DNA of 64,000 nt from the NCBI GenBank assembly GCA_964016885.1, contig OZ024743.1, positions 21,514,001 to 21,578,000 on the forward strand, written 5' to 3'. Shown in pieces: positions 38,201 to 52,400 of this stretch (position 1 is its first letter; every line of letters begins with the position of its first letter). The DNA comes from Eledone cirrhosa (taxonomy: Eukaryota). Both the position numbers and the translations under genes were made by a program. Below the pieces are notes generated by a model. It had not been told where the DNA came from. It did not search any database and was given only the letters and a program-made list of their open reading frames with translations.

Positions 38201-41200
38201 ATAGTAAAAATACAGTGCTGGGCAGAGGTGAGAACACTATGGTAGCAGGATTATTAAACCATTTATATATAATAGTAAAAATACAGTGCTGGGCAGAGGT
38301 GAGAACACTATGGTAGCTGGATTATTAAACCATTTATATATAATAGTAAAAATACAGTGCTGGGCAGAGGTGAGAACACTATGGTAGCAGGATTATTAAA
38401 CCATTTATATATAATAGTAAAAATACAGTGCTGGGCAGAGGTGAGAACACTATGGTAGCAGGATTATTAAACCATTTATATATAATAGTAAAAATACAGT
38501 GCTGGGCAGAGGTGAGAACACTATGGTAGCTGGATTATTAAACCATTTATATATAATAGTAAAAATACAGTGCTGGGCAAAGGTGAGACACTATGATAGC
38601 TGGATTATTAAACCATTTATATATAATAGTAAAAATAGAGTGCTGGGCAGAGGTGAGAACATTATGGTAGCTGGATTATTAAACCATTTATATATAATAG
38701 TAAAAATAGAGTGCTGGGCAGAGGTAAGAACACTATAGTAGCTGGATTATTAAACCATTTATATATAATAGTAAAAATACAGTGCTGGGTAGAGGTGAGA
38801 ACACTATGGTAGCTGGATTATTAAACCATTTATATATAGTAGTAAAAATACAGTGCTGGGCAGGTGAGAACACTATGGTTGCCGGATTATTAAACCATTT
38901 ATATATAATAGTAAAAATACAGTGCTGGGCAAAGGTGAGACACTATGATAGCTGGATTATTAAACCATTTATATATAATAGTAAAAATAGAGTGCTGGGC
39001 AGAGGTGAGAACACTGTGGTAGCTGGATTATTAAACCATTTATATATAATAGTAAAAATACAGTGCTGGGTAGAGGTGAGAACACTATGGTTGCCGGATT
39101 ATTAAACCATTTATATATAATAGTAAAAATACAGTGCTGGGCAAAGGTGAGACACTATGATAGCTGGATTATTAAACCATTTATATATAATAGTAAAAAT
39201 AGAGTGCTGGGCAGAGGTGAGAACACTGTGGTAGCTGGATTATTAAACCATTTATATATAATAGTAAAAATACAGTGCTGGGCACAGGTGAGAACACTAT
39301 AGTACCTGGATTATTAAACCATTTATATATAATAGTAAAAATACAGTGCTGGGCAAAGGTGAGACACTATGATAGCTGGATTATTAAACCATTTATATAT
39401 AATAGTAAAAATACAGTGCTGGGCAGAGGTGAGAACACTATGGTAGCTGGATTATTAAACCATTTATATATAATAGTAAAAATAGAGTGCTGGGCAGAGG
39501 TGAGAACACTGTGGTAGCTGGATTATTAAACCATTTATATATAATAGTAAAAATACAGTGCTGGGCAGAGGTGAGAACACTATGGTAGCTGGATTATTAA
39601 ACCATTTATATATAATAGTAAAAATACAGTGCTGGGCAGAGGTGAGAACACTGTGGTAGCTGGATTATTAAACCATTTATATATAATAGTAAAAATACAG
39701 TGCTGGGCAGAGGTGAGAACACTATGGTAGCTGGATTATTAAACCATTTATATATAATAGTAAAAATAGAGTGCTGGGCAGAGGTGAGAACACTGTGGTA
39801 GCTGCATTATTAAACCACTTATATATAATAGTAAAAATAGAGTGCTGGGCAGAGGTGAGAACACTATGGTAGCTGGATTATTATACCATTTATATATAAT
39901 AGTAAAAATAGAGTGCTGGGCAGAGGTGAGAACGCTATGGAAGCAGGATTATTAAACCATTTATATATAATAGTAAAAATACAGTGCTAGGCAGAGGTGA
40001 GAACACTATGGTAGCAGGATTATTAAACCATTTATATATAATAGTAAAAATAGAGTGCTGGGCAGAGGTGAGAACACTATGGTAGCAGGATTATTAAACC
40101 ATTTATATATAATAGTAAAAATAGAGTGCTGGGCAGAGGTGAGAACACTATGGTAGCAGGATTATTAAACCATTTATATATAATAGTAAAAATACAGTGC
40201 TGGGCAGAGGTGAGAACACTATGGTAGCTGGATTATTAAACCATTTATATATAATAGTAAAAATACAGTGCTGGGCAGAGTTGAGAACACTATGGTAGCC
40301 GGATTATTAAACCATTTATATATAATAGTAAAAATACAGTGCTGGGCAAAGGTGAGACACTATGATAGCTGGATTATTAAACCATTTATATATAATAGTA
40401 AAAATAGAGTGCTGGGCAGAGGTGAGAACATTATGGTAGCTGGATTATTAAACCATTTATATATAATAGTAAAAATAGAGTGCTGGACAGAGGTAAGAAC
40501 ACTATAGTAGCTGGATTATTAAACCATTTATATATAATAGTAAAAATACAGTGCTGGGTAGAGGTGAGAACACTATGGTAGCTGGATTATTAAACCATTT
40601 ATATATAGTAGTAAAAATACAGTGCTGGGCAGGTGAGAACACTATGGTAGCCGGATTATTAAACCATTTATATATAATAGTAAAAATACAGTGCTGGGCA
40701 AAGGTGAGACACTATGATAGCTGGATTATTAAACCATTTATATATAATAGTAAAAATAGAGTGCTGGGCAGAGGTGAGAACACTGTGGTAGCTGGATTAT
40801 TAAACCATTTATATATAATAGTAAAAATACAGTGCTGGGCAGAGGTGAGAACACTATGGTAGCTGGATTATTAAACCATTTATATATAATAGTAAAAATA
40901 GAGTGCTGGGCAGAGGTGAGAACACTATGGTAGCAGGATTATTAAACCAATTATATATAATAGTAAAAATACAGTGCTGGGCAGAGGTGAGAACACTATG
41001 GTAGCTGGATTATTAAACCATTTATATATAATAGTAAAAATACAGTGCTGGGCAGAGTTGAGAACACTATGGTAGCCGGATTATTAAACCATTTATATAT
41101 AATAGTAAAAATACAGTGCTGGGCAAAGGTGAGACACTATGATAGCTGGATTATTAAACCATTTATATATAATAGTAAAAATAGAGTGCTGGGCAGAGGT

Positions 41201-44200
41201 GAGAACACTATGGTAGCAGGATTATTAAACCATTTATATATAATAGTAAAAATAGAGTGCTAGGCAGAGGTGAGAACACTATGGTAGCAGGATTATTAAA
41301 CCATTTATATATAATAGTAAAAATACAGTGCTGGGCAGAGGTGAGAACACTATGGTAGCTGGATTATTAAACCATTTATATATAATAGTAAAAATACAGT
41401 GCTGGGCAGAGCTGAGAACACTATGGTAGCCGGATTATTAGAACCATTTATATATAATAGTAAAAATACAGTGCTGGGCAAAGGTGAGACACTATGATAG
41501 CTGGATTATTAAACCATTTATATATAATAGTAAAAATAGAGCGCTGGGCAGAGGTGAGAACACTATGGTAGCTGGATTATTAAACCATTTATATATAATA
41601 GTAAAAATAGAGCGCTGGGCAGAGGTGAGAACACTATGGTAGCTGGATTATTAAACCATTTATATATAATAGTAAAAATACAGTGCTGGGTAGAGGTGAG
41701 AACACTATGGTAGCTGGATTATTAAACCATTTATATATAGTAGTAAAAATACAGTGCTGGGCAGAGGTGAGAACACTATGGTAGACGGATTATTAAACCA
41801 TTTATATATAATAGTAAAAATACAGTGCTGGGCAGAGGTGAGACACTATGATAGCTGGATTATTAAACCATTTATATATACTAGTAAAAATACAGTGCTG
41901 GGCAGAGCTGAGAACACTATGATAGCTGGATTATTAAACCATTTATATATAATAGTAAAAATACAGTGCTGGGCAAAGGTGAGACACTATGATAGCTGGA
42001 TTATTAAACCATTTATATATAATAGTAAAAATAGAGTGCTGGGCAGAGGTGAGAACACTGTGGTAGCTGGATTATTAAACCATTTATATATAATAGTAAA
42101 AATACAGTGCTGGGCAGAGGTGAGAACACTGTGGTAGCTGCATTATTAAACCACTTATATATAATAGTAAAAATAGAGTGCTGGGCAGAGGTGAGAACAC
42201 TATGGTAGCTGGATTATTAAACCATTTATATATAATAGTAAAAATACAGTGCTGGGCAGAGGTGAGAACATTATCGTAGCTGGATTATTAAACCATTTAT
42301 ATATAATAGTAAAAATAGAGTGCTGGGCAGAGGTGAGAACACTGTGGTAGCTGGATTATTAAACCATTTATATATAATAGTAAAAATACAGTGCTGGGCA
42401 GAGGTGAGAACACTATGGTAGCTGGATTATTAAACCATTTATATATAATAGTAAAAATAGAGTGCTGGGCAGAGGTGAGAACATTATCGTAGCTGGATTA
42501 TTAAACCATTTATATATAATAGTAAAAATAGAGTGCTGGGCAGAGGTGAGAACACTATGGTAGCTGGATTATTATACCATTTATATATAATAGTAAAAAT
42601 AGAGTGCTGGGCAGAGGTGAGAACACTATGGTAGCTGGATTATTAAACCATTTATATATAATAGTAAAAATACAGTGCTGGGCAGAGGTGAGAACACTAT
42701 GGTAGCAGGATTATTAAACCATTTATATATAATAGTAAAAATAGAGTGCTGGGCAGAGGTGAGAACACTATGGTAGCTGGATTATTAAACCATTTATATA
42801 TAATAGTAAAAATAGAGTGCTGGGCAGAGAAGAGAACACTATGGTAGCAGGATTATTAAACCATTTATATATAATAGTAAAAATACAGTGCTGGGCAGAG
42901 GTGAGAACACTATGGTAGCTGGATTATTAAACCATTTATATATAATAGTAAAAATACAGTGCTGGGCAGAGGTGAGAACACTATGGTAGCAGGATTATTA
43001 AACCATTTATATATAATAGTAAAAATACAGTGCTGGGCAGAGGTGAGAACACTATGGTAGCTGGATTATTAAACCATTTATATATAATAGTAAAAATACA
43101 GTGCTGGGCAGAGGTGAGAACACTATGGTAGCAGGATTATTAAACCATTTATATATAATAGTAAAAATACAGTGCTGGGCAGAGGTGAGAACACTATGGT
43201 AGCAGGATTATTAAACCATTTATATATAATAGTAAAAATACAGTGCTGGGCAGAGGTGAGAACACTATGGTAGCTGGATTATTAAACCATTTATATATAA
43301 TAGTAAAAATACAGTGCTGGGCAAAGGTGAGACACTATGATAGCTGGATTATTAAACCATTTATATATAATAGTAAAAATAGAGTGCTGGGCAGAGGTGA
43401 GAACATTATGGTAGCTGGATTATTAAACCATTTATATATAATAGTAAAAATAGAGTGCTGGGCAGAGGTGAGAACATTATGGTAGCTGGATTATTAAACC
43501 ATTTATATATAATAGTAAAAATACAGTGCTGGGCAGAGGTGAGAACACTATGGTAGCAGGATTATTAAACCATTTATATATAATAGTAAAAATAGAGTGC
43601 TGGGCAGAGGTGAGAACACTATGGTAGCTGGATTATTAAACCATTTATATATAATAGTAAAAATAGAGTGCTGGGCAGAGGTGAGAACACTATGGTAGCA
43701 GGATTATTAAACCATTTATATATAATAGTAAAAATACAGTGCTGGGCAGAGGTGAGAACACTATGGTAGCTGGATTATTAAACCATTTATATATAATAGT
43801 AAAAATACAGTGCTGGGCAGAGGTGAGAACACTATGGTAGCAGGATTATTAAACCATTTATATATAATAGTAAAAATACAGTGCTGGGCAGAGGTGAGAA
43901 CACTATGGTAGCTGGATTATTAAACCATTTATATATAATAGTAAAAATACAGTGCTGGGCAGAGGTGAGAACACTATGGTAGCAGGATTATTAAACCATT
44001 TATATATAATAGTAAAAATACAGTGCTGGGCAGAGGTGAGAACACTATGGTAGCAGGATTATTAAACCATTTATATATAATAGTAAAAATACAGTGCTGG
44101 GCAGAGGTGAGAACACTATGGTAGCTGGATTATTAAACCATTTATATATAATAGTAAAAATACAGTGCTGGGCAAAGGTGAGACACTATGATAGCTGGAT

Positions 44201-46480
44201 TATTAAACCATTTATATATAATAGTAAAAATAGAGTGCTGGGCAGAGGTGAGAACATTATGGTAGCTGGATTATTAAACCATTTATATATAATAGTAAAA
44301 ATAGAGTGCTGGGCAGAGGTAAGAACACTATAGTAGCTGGATTATTAAACCATTTATATATAATAGTAAAAATACAGTGCTGGGTAGAGGTGAGAACACT
44401 ATGGTAGCTGGATTATTAAACCATTTATATATAGTAGTAAAAATACAGTGCTGGGCAGGTGAGAACACTATGGTTGCCGGATTATTAAACCATTTATATA
44501 TAATAGTAAAAATACAGTGCTGGGCAAAGGTGAGACACTATGATAGCTGGATTATTAAACCATTTATATATAATAGTAAAAATAGAGTGCTGGGCAGAGG
44601 TGAGAACACTGTGGTAGCTGGATTATTAAACCATTTATATATAATAGTAAAAATACAGTGCTGGGTAGAGGTGAGAACACTATGGTTGCCGGATTATTAA
44701 ACCATTTATATATAATAGTAAAAATACAGTGCTGGGCAAAGGTGAGACACTATGATAGCTGGATTATTAAACCATTTATATATAATAGTAAAAATAGAGT
44801 GCTGGGCAGAGGTGAGAACACTGTGGTAGCTGGATTATTAAACCATTTATATATAATAGTAAAAATACAGTGCTGGGCACAGGTGAGAACACTATAGTAC
44901 CTGGATTATTAAACCATTTATATATAATAGTAAAAATACAGTGCTGGGCAAAGGTGAGACACTATGATAGCTGGATTATTAAACCATTTATATATAATAG
45001 TAAAAATACAGTGCTGGGCAGAGGTGAGAACACTATGGTAGCTGGATTATTAAACCATTTATATATAATAGTAAAAATAGAGTGCTGGGCAGAGGTGAGA
45101 ACACTGTGGTAGCTGGATTATTAAACCATTTATATATAATAGTAAAAATACAGTGCTGGGCAGAGGTGAGAACACTATGGTAGCTGGATTATTAAACCAT
45201 TTATATATAATAGTAAAAATACAGTGCTGGGCAGAGGTGAGAACACTGTGGTAGCTGGATTATTAAACCATTTATATATAATAGTAAAAATACAGTGCTG
45301 GGCAGAGGTGAGAACACTATGGTAGCTGGATTATTAAACCATTTATATATAATAGTAAAAATAGAGTGCTGGGCAGAGGTGAGAACACTGTGGTAGCTGC
45401 ATTATTAAACCACTTATATATAATAGTAAAAATAGAGTGCTGGGCAGAGGTGAGAACACTATGGTAGCTGGATTATTATACCATTTATATATAATAGTAA
45501 AAATAGAGTGCTGGGCAGAGGTGAGAACGCTATGGAAGCAGGATTATTAAACCATTTATATATAATAGTAAAAATACAGTGCTAGGCAGAGGTGAGAACA
45601 CTATGGTAGCAGGATTATTAAACCATTTATATATAATAGTAAAAATAGAGTGCTGGGCAGAGGTGAGAACACTATGGTAGCAGGATTATTAAACCATTTA
45701 TATATAATAGTAAAAATAGAGTGCTGGGCAGAGGTGAGAACACTATGGTAGCAGGATTATTAAACCATTTATATATAATAGTAAAAATACAGTGCTGGGC
45801 AGAGGTGAGAACACTATGGTAGCTGGATTATTAAACCATTTATATATAATAGTAAAAATACAGTGCTGGGCAGAGTTGAGAACACTATGGTAGCCGGATT
45901 ATTAAACCATTTATATATAATAGTAAAAATACAGTGCTGGGCAAAGGTGAGACACTATGATAGCTGGATTATTAAACCATTTATATATAATAGTAAAAAT
46001 AGAGTGCTGGGCAGAGGTGAGAACATTATGGTAGCTGGATTATTAAACCATTTATATATAATAGTAAAAATAGAGTGCTGGACAGAGGTAAGAACACTAT
46101 AGTAGCTGGATTATTAAACCATTTATATATAATAGTAAAAATACAGTGCTGGGTAGAGGTGAGAACACTATGGTAGCTGGATTATTAAACCATTTATATA
46201 TAGTAGTAAAAATACAGTGCTGGGCAGGTGAGAACACTATGGTAGCCGGATTATTAAACCATTTATATATAATAGTAAAAATACAGTGCTGGGCAAAGGT
46301 GAGACACTATGATAGCTGGATTATTAAACCATTTATATATAATAGTAAAAATAGAGTGCTGGGCAGAGGTGAGAACACTGTGGTAGCTGGATTATTAAAC
46401 CATTTATATATAATAGTAAAAATACAGTGCTGGGCAGAGGTGAGAACACTATGGTAGCTGGATTATTAAACCATTTATAT
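35300..46480 (+). repeat. 5,595-bp tandem duplication (two copies; boundaries approximate)
   Basis: A constant 5,595 offset links nine ORF-track pairs (35450/41045, 36159/41754, 37648/43243, 38499/44094, 38782/44377, 39063/44658, 39275/44870, 40268/45863, 40551/46146) and the rare variant ACCAATTATA (35351/40946). Confidence 0.9.
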
Positions 46481-49400
46481 ATAATAGTAAAAATAGAGTG
46501 CTGGGCAGAGGTGAGAACACTGTGGTAGCTGGATTATTAAACCATTTATATATAATAGTAAAAATACAGTGCTGGGCAGAGGTGAGAACACTATGGTAGC
46601 AGGATTATTAAACCATTTATATATAATAGTAAAAATAGAGTGCTGGGCAGAGGTGAGAGCACTATGGTAGCTGGATTATTAAACCATTTAGATATAATAG
46701 TAAAAATACAGTGCTGGGCAAAGGTGAGACACTATGATAGCTGGATTATTAAACCATTTATATATAATAGTAAAAATAGAGTGCTGGGCAGAGGTGAGAA
46801 CACTATGGTAGCTGGATTATTAAACCATTTATATATAATAGTAAAAATAGAGTGCTGGGCAGAGGTGAGAATACTATGGTAGCTGGATTATTAAACCATT
46901 TATATATAATAGTAAAAATAGAGTGCTGGGCAGAGGTGAGAACACTGTGGTAGCTGCATTATTAAACCACTTATATATAATAGTAAAAATAGAGTGCTGG
47001 GCAGAGGTGAGAACACTGTGGTAGCTGCATTATTAAACCACTTATATATAATAGTAAAAATAGAGTGCTGGGCAGAGGTGAGAACACTGTGGGAGCTGCA
47101 TTATTAAACCACTTATATATAATAGTAAAAATAGAGTGCTGGGCAGAGGTGAGAACACTGTGGTAGCTGGATTATTAAACCATTTATATATAATAGTAAA
47201 AATACAGTGCTGGGCAGAGGTGAGAACACTATGGTAGCTGGATTATTAAACCATTTATATATAATAGTAAAAATACAGTGCTGGGTAGAGGTGAGAACAT
47301 TATCGTAGCTGGATTATTAAACCATTTATATATAATAGTAAAAATACAGTGCTGGGCAGAGCTGAGAACACTATGGTAGCCGGATTATTAGAACCATTTA
47401 TATATAATAGTAAAAATAGAGCGCTGGGCAGAGGTGAGAACACTATGGTAGCTGGATTATTAAACCATTTATATATAATAGTAAAAATACAGTGCTGGGT
47501 AGAGGTGAGAACACTATGGTAGCTGGATTATTAAACCATTTATATATAGTAGTAAAAATACAGTGCTGGGCAGAGGTGAGAACACTATGGTAGCTGGATT
47601 ATTAAACCATTTATATATAATAGTAAAAATACAGTGCTGGGCAGAGGTGAGACACTATGATAGCTGGATTATTAAACCATTTATATATAATAGTAAAAAT
47701 ACAGTGCTGGGCAGAGCTGAGAACACTATGATAGCTGGATTATTAAACCATTTATATATAATAGTAAAAATACAGTGCTGGGTAGAGGTGAGACACTATG
47801 ATAGCTGGATTATTAAACCATTTATATATAATAGTAAAAATACAGTGCTGGGCAAAGGTGAGACACTATGATAGCTGGATTATTAAACCATTTATATATA
47901 ATAGTAAAAATAGAGTGCTGGGCAGAGGTGAGAACACTGTGGTAGCTGGATTATTAAACCATTTATATATAATAGTAAAAATACAGTGCTGGGCAGAGGT
48001 GAGAACACTGTGGTAGCTGCATTATTAAACCACTTATATATAATAGTAAAAATAGAGTGCTGGGCAGAGGTGAGAACACTATGGTAGCTGGATTATTAAA
48101 CCATTTATATATAATAGTAAAAATACAGTGCTGGGCAGAGGTGAGAACACTATGGAAGCAGGATTATTAAACCATTTAAATATAATAGTAAAAATAGTGC
48201 TGGGCAGAGGTGAGAACACTATGGTAGCTGGATTATTAAACCATTTATATATAATAGTAAAAATACAGTGCTGGGCAGAGGTGAGAACACTATGGTAGCT
48301 GGATTATTAAACCATTTATATATAATAGTAAAAATAGAGTGCTGGGCAGAGGTGAGAATACTATGGTAGCTGGATTATTAAACCATTTATATATAATAGT
48401 AAAAATAGAGTGCTGGGCAGAGGTGAGAACATTATGGTAGCTGGATTATTAAACCATTTATATATAATAGTAAAAATAGAGTGCTGGGCAGAGGTAAGAA
48501 CACTATAGTAGCTGGATTATTAAACCATTTATATATAATAGTAAAAATACAGTGCTGGGTAGAGGTGAGAACACTATGGTAGCAGGATTATTAAACCATT
48601 TATATATAATAGTAAAAATACAGTGCTGGGTAGAGGTGAGAACACTATGGTAGCAGGATTATTAAACCATTTATATATAATAGTAAAAATACAGTGCTGG
48701 GCAGAGGTGAGAACACTGTGGTAGCTGGATTATTAAACCATTTATATATAATAGTAAAAATAGAGTGCTGGGCAGAGGTGAGAACACTATGGTAGCTGGA
48801 TTATTATACCATTTATATATAATAGTAAAAATACAGTGCTGGGTAGAGGTGAGAACACTATGGTAGCAGGATTATTAAACCATTTATATATAATAGTAAA
48901 AATACAGTGCTGGGTAGAGGTGAGAACACTATGGTAGCAGGATTATTAAACCATTTATATATAATAGTAAAAATACAGTGCTGGGCAGAGGTGAGAACAC
49001 TGTGGTAGCTGGATTATTAAACCATTTATATATAATAGTAAAAATAGAGTGCTGGGCAGAGGTGAGAACACTATGGTAGCTGGATTATTATACCATTTAT
49101 ATATAATAGTAAAAATAGAGTGCTGGGCAGAGGTGAGAACACTATGGAAGCAGGATTATTAAACCATTTATATATAATAGTAAAAATACAGTGCTGGGCA
49201 GAGGTGAGAACACTGTGGTAGCAGGATTATTAAACCATTTATATATAATAGTAAAAATAGAGTGCTGGGCAGAGGTGAGAACACTATGGAAGCAGGATTA
49301 TTAAACCATTTATATATAATAGTAAAAATACAGTGCTGGGCAGAGGTGAGAACACTGTGGTAGCAGGATTATTAAACCATTTATATATAATAGTAAAAAT

Positions 49401-52400
49401 AGAGTGCTGGACAGAGGTGAGAACACTATGGAAGCAGGATTATTAAACCATTTATATATAATAGTAAAAATACAGTGCTGGGCAGAGGTGAGAACACTGT
49501 GGTAGCAGGATTATTAAACCATTTATATATAATAGTAAAAATAGAGTGCTGGGCAGAGGTGAGAACACTATGGTAGCAGGATTATTAAACCATTTATATA
49601 TAATAGTAAAAATAGAGTGCTGGGCAGAGGTGAGAACACTATGGTAGCTGGATTATTAAACCATTTATATATAATAGTAAAAATACAGTGCTGGGCAGAG
49701 GTGAGAACACTATGGTAGCTGGATTATTAAACCATTTATATATAATAGTAAAAATACAGTGCTGGGCAAAGGTGAGACACTATGATAGCTGGATTATTAA
49801 ACCATTTATATATAATAGTAAAAATAGAGTGCTGGGCAGAGGTGAGAACATTATGGTAGCTGGATTATTAAACCATTTATATATAATAGTAAAAATAGAG
49901 TGCTGGGCAGAGGTAAGAACACTATAGTAGCTGGATTATTAAACCATTTATATATAATAGTAAAAATACAGTGCTGGGTAGAGGTGAGAACACTATGGTA
50001 GCTGGATTATTAAACCATTTATATATAGTAGTAAAAATACAGTGCTGGGCAGGTGAGAACACTATGGTTGCCGGATTATTAAACCATTTATATATAATAG
50101 TAAAAATACAGTGCTGGGCAAAGGTGAGACACTATGATAGCTGGATTATTAAACCATTTATATATAATAGTAAAAATAGAGTGCTGGGCAGAGGTGAGAA
50201 CACTGTGGTAGCTGGATTATTAAACCATTTATATATAATAGTAAAAATACAGTGTTGGGCAGAGGTGAGAACACTATGGTAGCTGGATTATTAAACCATT
50301 TATATATAATAGTAAAAATACAGTGCTGGGTAGAGGTGAGAACACTATGGTAGCTGGATTATTAAACCATTTATATATAATAGTAAAAATAGAGTGCTGG
50401 GCAGAGGTGAGAACACTGTGGTAGCTGGATTATTAAACCATTTATATATAATAGTAAAAATAGAGTGCTGGGCAGAGGTGAGAACATTATCGTAGCTGGA
50501 TTATTAAACCATTTATATATAATAGTAAAAATACAGTGCTGGGCAGAGGTGAGAACACTATGGTAGCTGGATTATTAAACCATTTATATATAATAGTAAA
50601 AATAGAGTGCTGGGCAGAGGTGAGAATACTGTGGTAGCTGGATTATTAAACCATTTATATATAATAGTAAAAATAGAGTGCTGGGCAGAGGTGAGAACAC
50701 TGTGGTAGCTGGATTATTAAACCATTTATATATAATAGTAAAAATAGAGTGCTGGGCAGAGGTGAGAACATTATCGTAGCTGGATTATTAAACCATTTAT
50801 ATATAATAGTAAAAATAGAGTGCTGGGCAGAGGTGAGAACACTATGGTAGCTGGATTATTATACCATTTATATATAATAGTAAAAATAGAGTGCTGGGCA
50901 GAGGTGAGAACACTATGGAAGCAGGATTATTAAACCATTTATATATAATAGTAAAAATACAGTGCTGGGCAGAGGTGAGAACACTATGGTAGCTGGATTA
51001 TTATACCATTTATATATAATAGTAAAAATAGAGTGCTGGGCAGAGGTGAGAACACTATGGAAGCAGGATTATTAAACCATTTATATATAATAGTAAAAAT
51101 ACAGTGCTGGGCAGAGGTGAGAACACTATGGTAGCAGGATTATTAAACCATTTATATATAATAGTAAAAATAGAGTGCTGGGCAGAGGTGAGAACACTAT
51201 GGTAGCTGGATTATTAAACCATTTATATATAATAGTAAAAATACAGTGCTGGGCAGAGGTGAGAACACTATGGTAGCAGGATTATTAAACCATTTATATA
51301 TAATAGTAAAAATAGAGTGCTGGGCAGAGGTGAGAACACTATGGTAGCTGGATTATTAAACCATTTATATATAATAGTAAAAATACAGTGCTGGGCAGAG
51401 GTGAGAACACTGTGGTAGCTGGATTATTAAACCATTCATATATAATAGTAAAAATACAGTGTTGGGCAGAGGTGAGAACACTATGGTACCTGGATTATTA
51501 AACCATTTATATATAATAGTAAAAATACAGTGTTGGGCAGAGGTGAGAACACTATGGTAGCTGGATTATTAAACCATTTATATATAATAGTAAAAATACA
51601 GTGTTGGGCAGAGGTGAGAACACTATGGTAGCTGGATTATTAAACCATTTATATATAATAGTAAAAATACAGTGTTGGGCAGAGGTGAGAACACTATGGT
51701 AGCTGGATTATTAAACCATTTATATATAATAGTAAAAATACAGTGTTGGGCAGAGGTGAGAACACTATGGTAGCTGGATTATTAAACCATTTATATATAA
51801 TAGTAAAAATACAGTGTTGGGCAGAGGTGAGAACACTATGGTAGCTGGATTATTAAACCATTTATATATAATAGTAAAAATACAGTGCTGGGCAGAGGTG
51901 AGAACACTATGGTAGCTGGATTATTAAACCATTTATATATAATAGTAAAAATACAGTGTTGGGCAGAGGTGAGAACACTATGGTAGCTGGATTATTAAAC
52001 CATTTATATATAATAGTAAAAATACAGTGCTGGGCAAAGGTGAGACACTATGATAGCTGGATTATTAAACCATTTATATATAATAGTAAAAATAGAGTGC
52101 TGGGCAGAGGTGAGAACATTATGGTAGCTGGATTATTAAACCATTTATATATAATAGTAAAAATAGAGTGCTGGGCAGAGGTAAGAACACTATAGTAGCT
52201 GGATTATTAAACCATTTATATATAATAGTAAAAATACAGTGCTGGGTAGAGGTGAGAACACTATGGTAGCTGGATTATTAAACCATTTATATATAGTAGT
52301 AAAAATACAGTGCTGGGCAGGTGAGAACACTATGGTTGCCGGATTATTAAACCATTTATATATAATAGTAAAAATACAGTGCTGGGCAAAGGTGAGACAC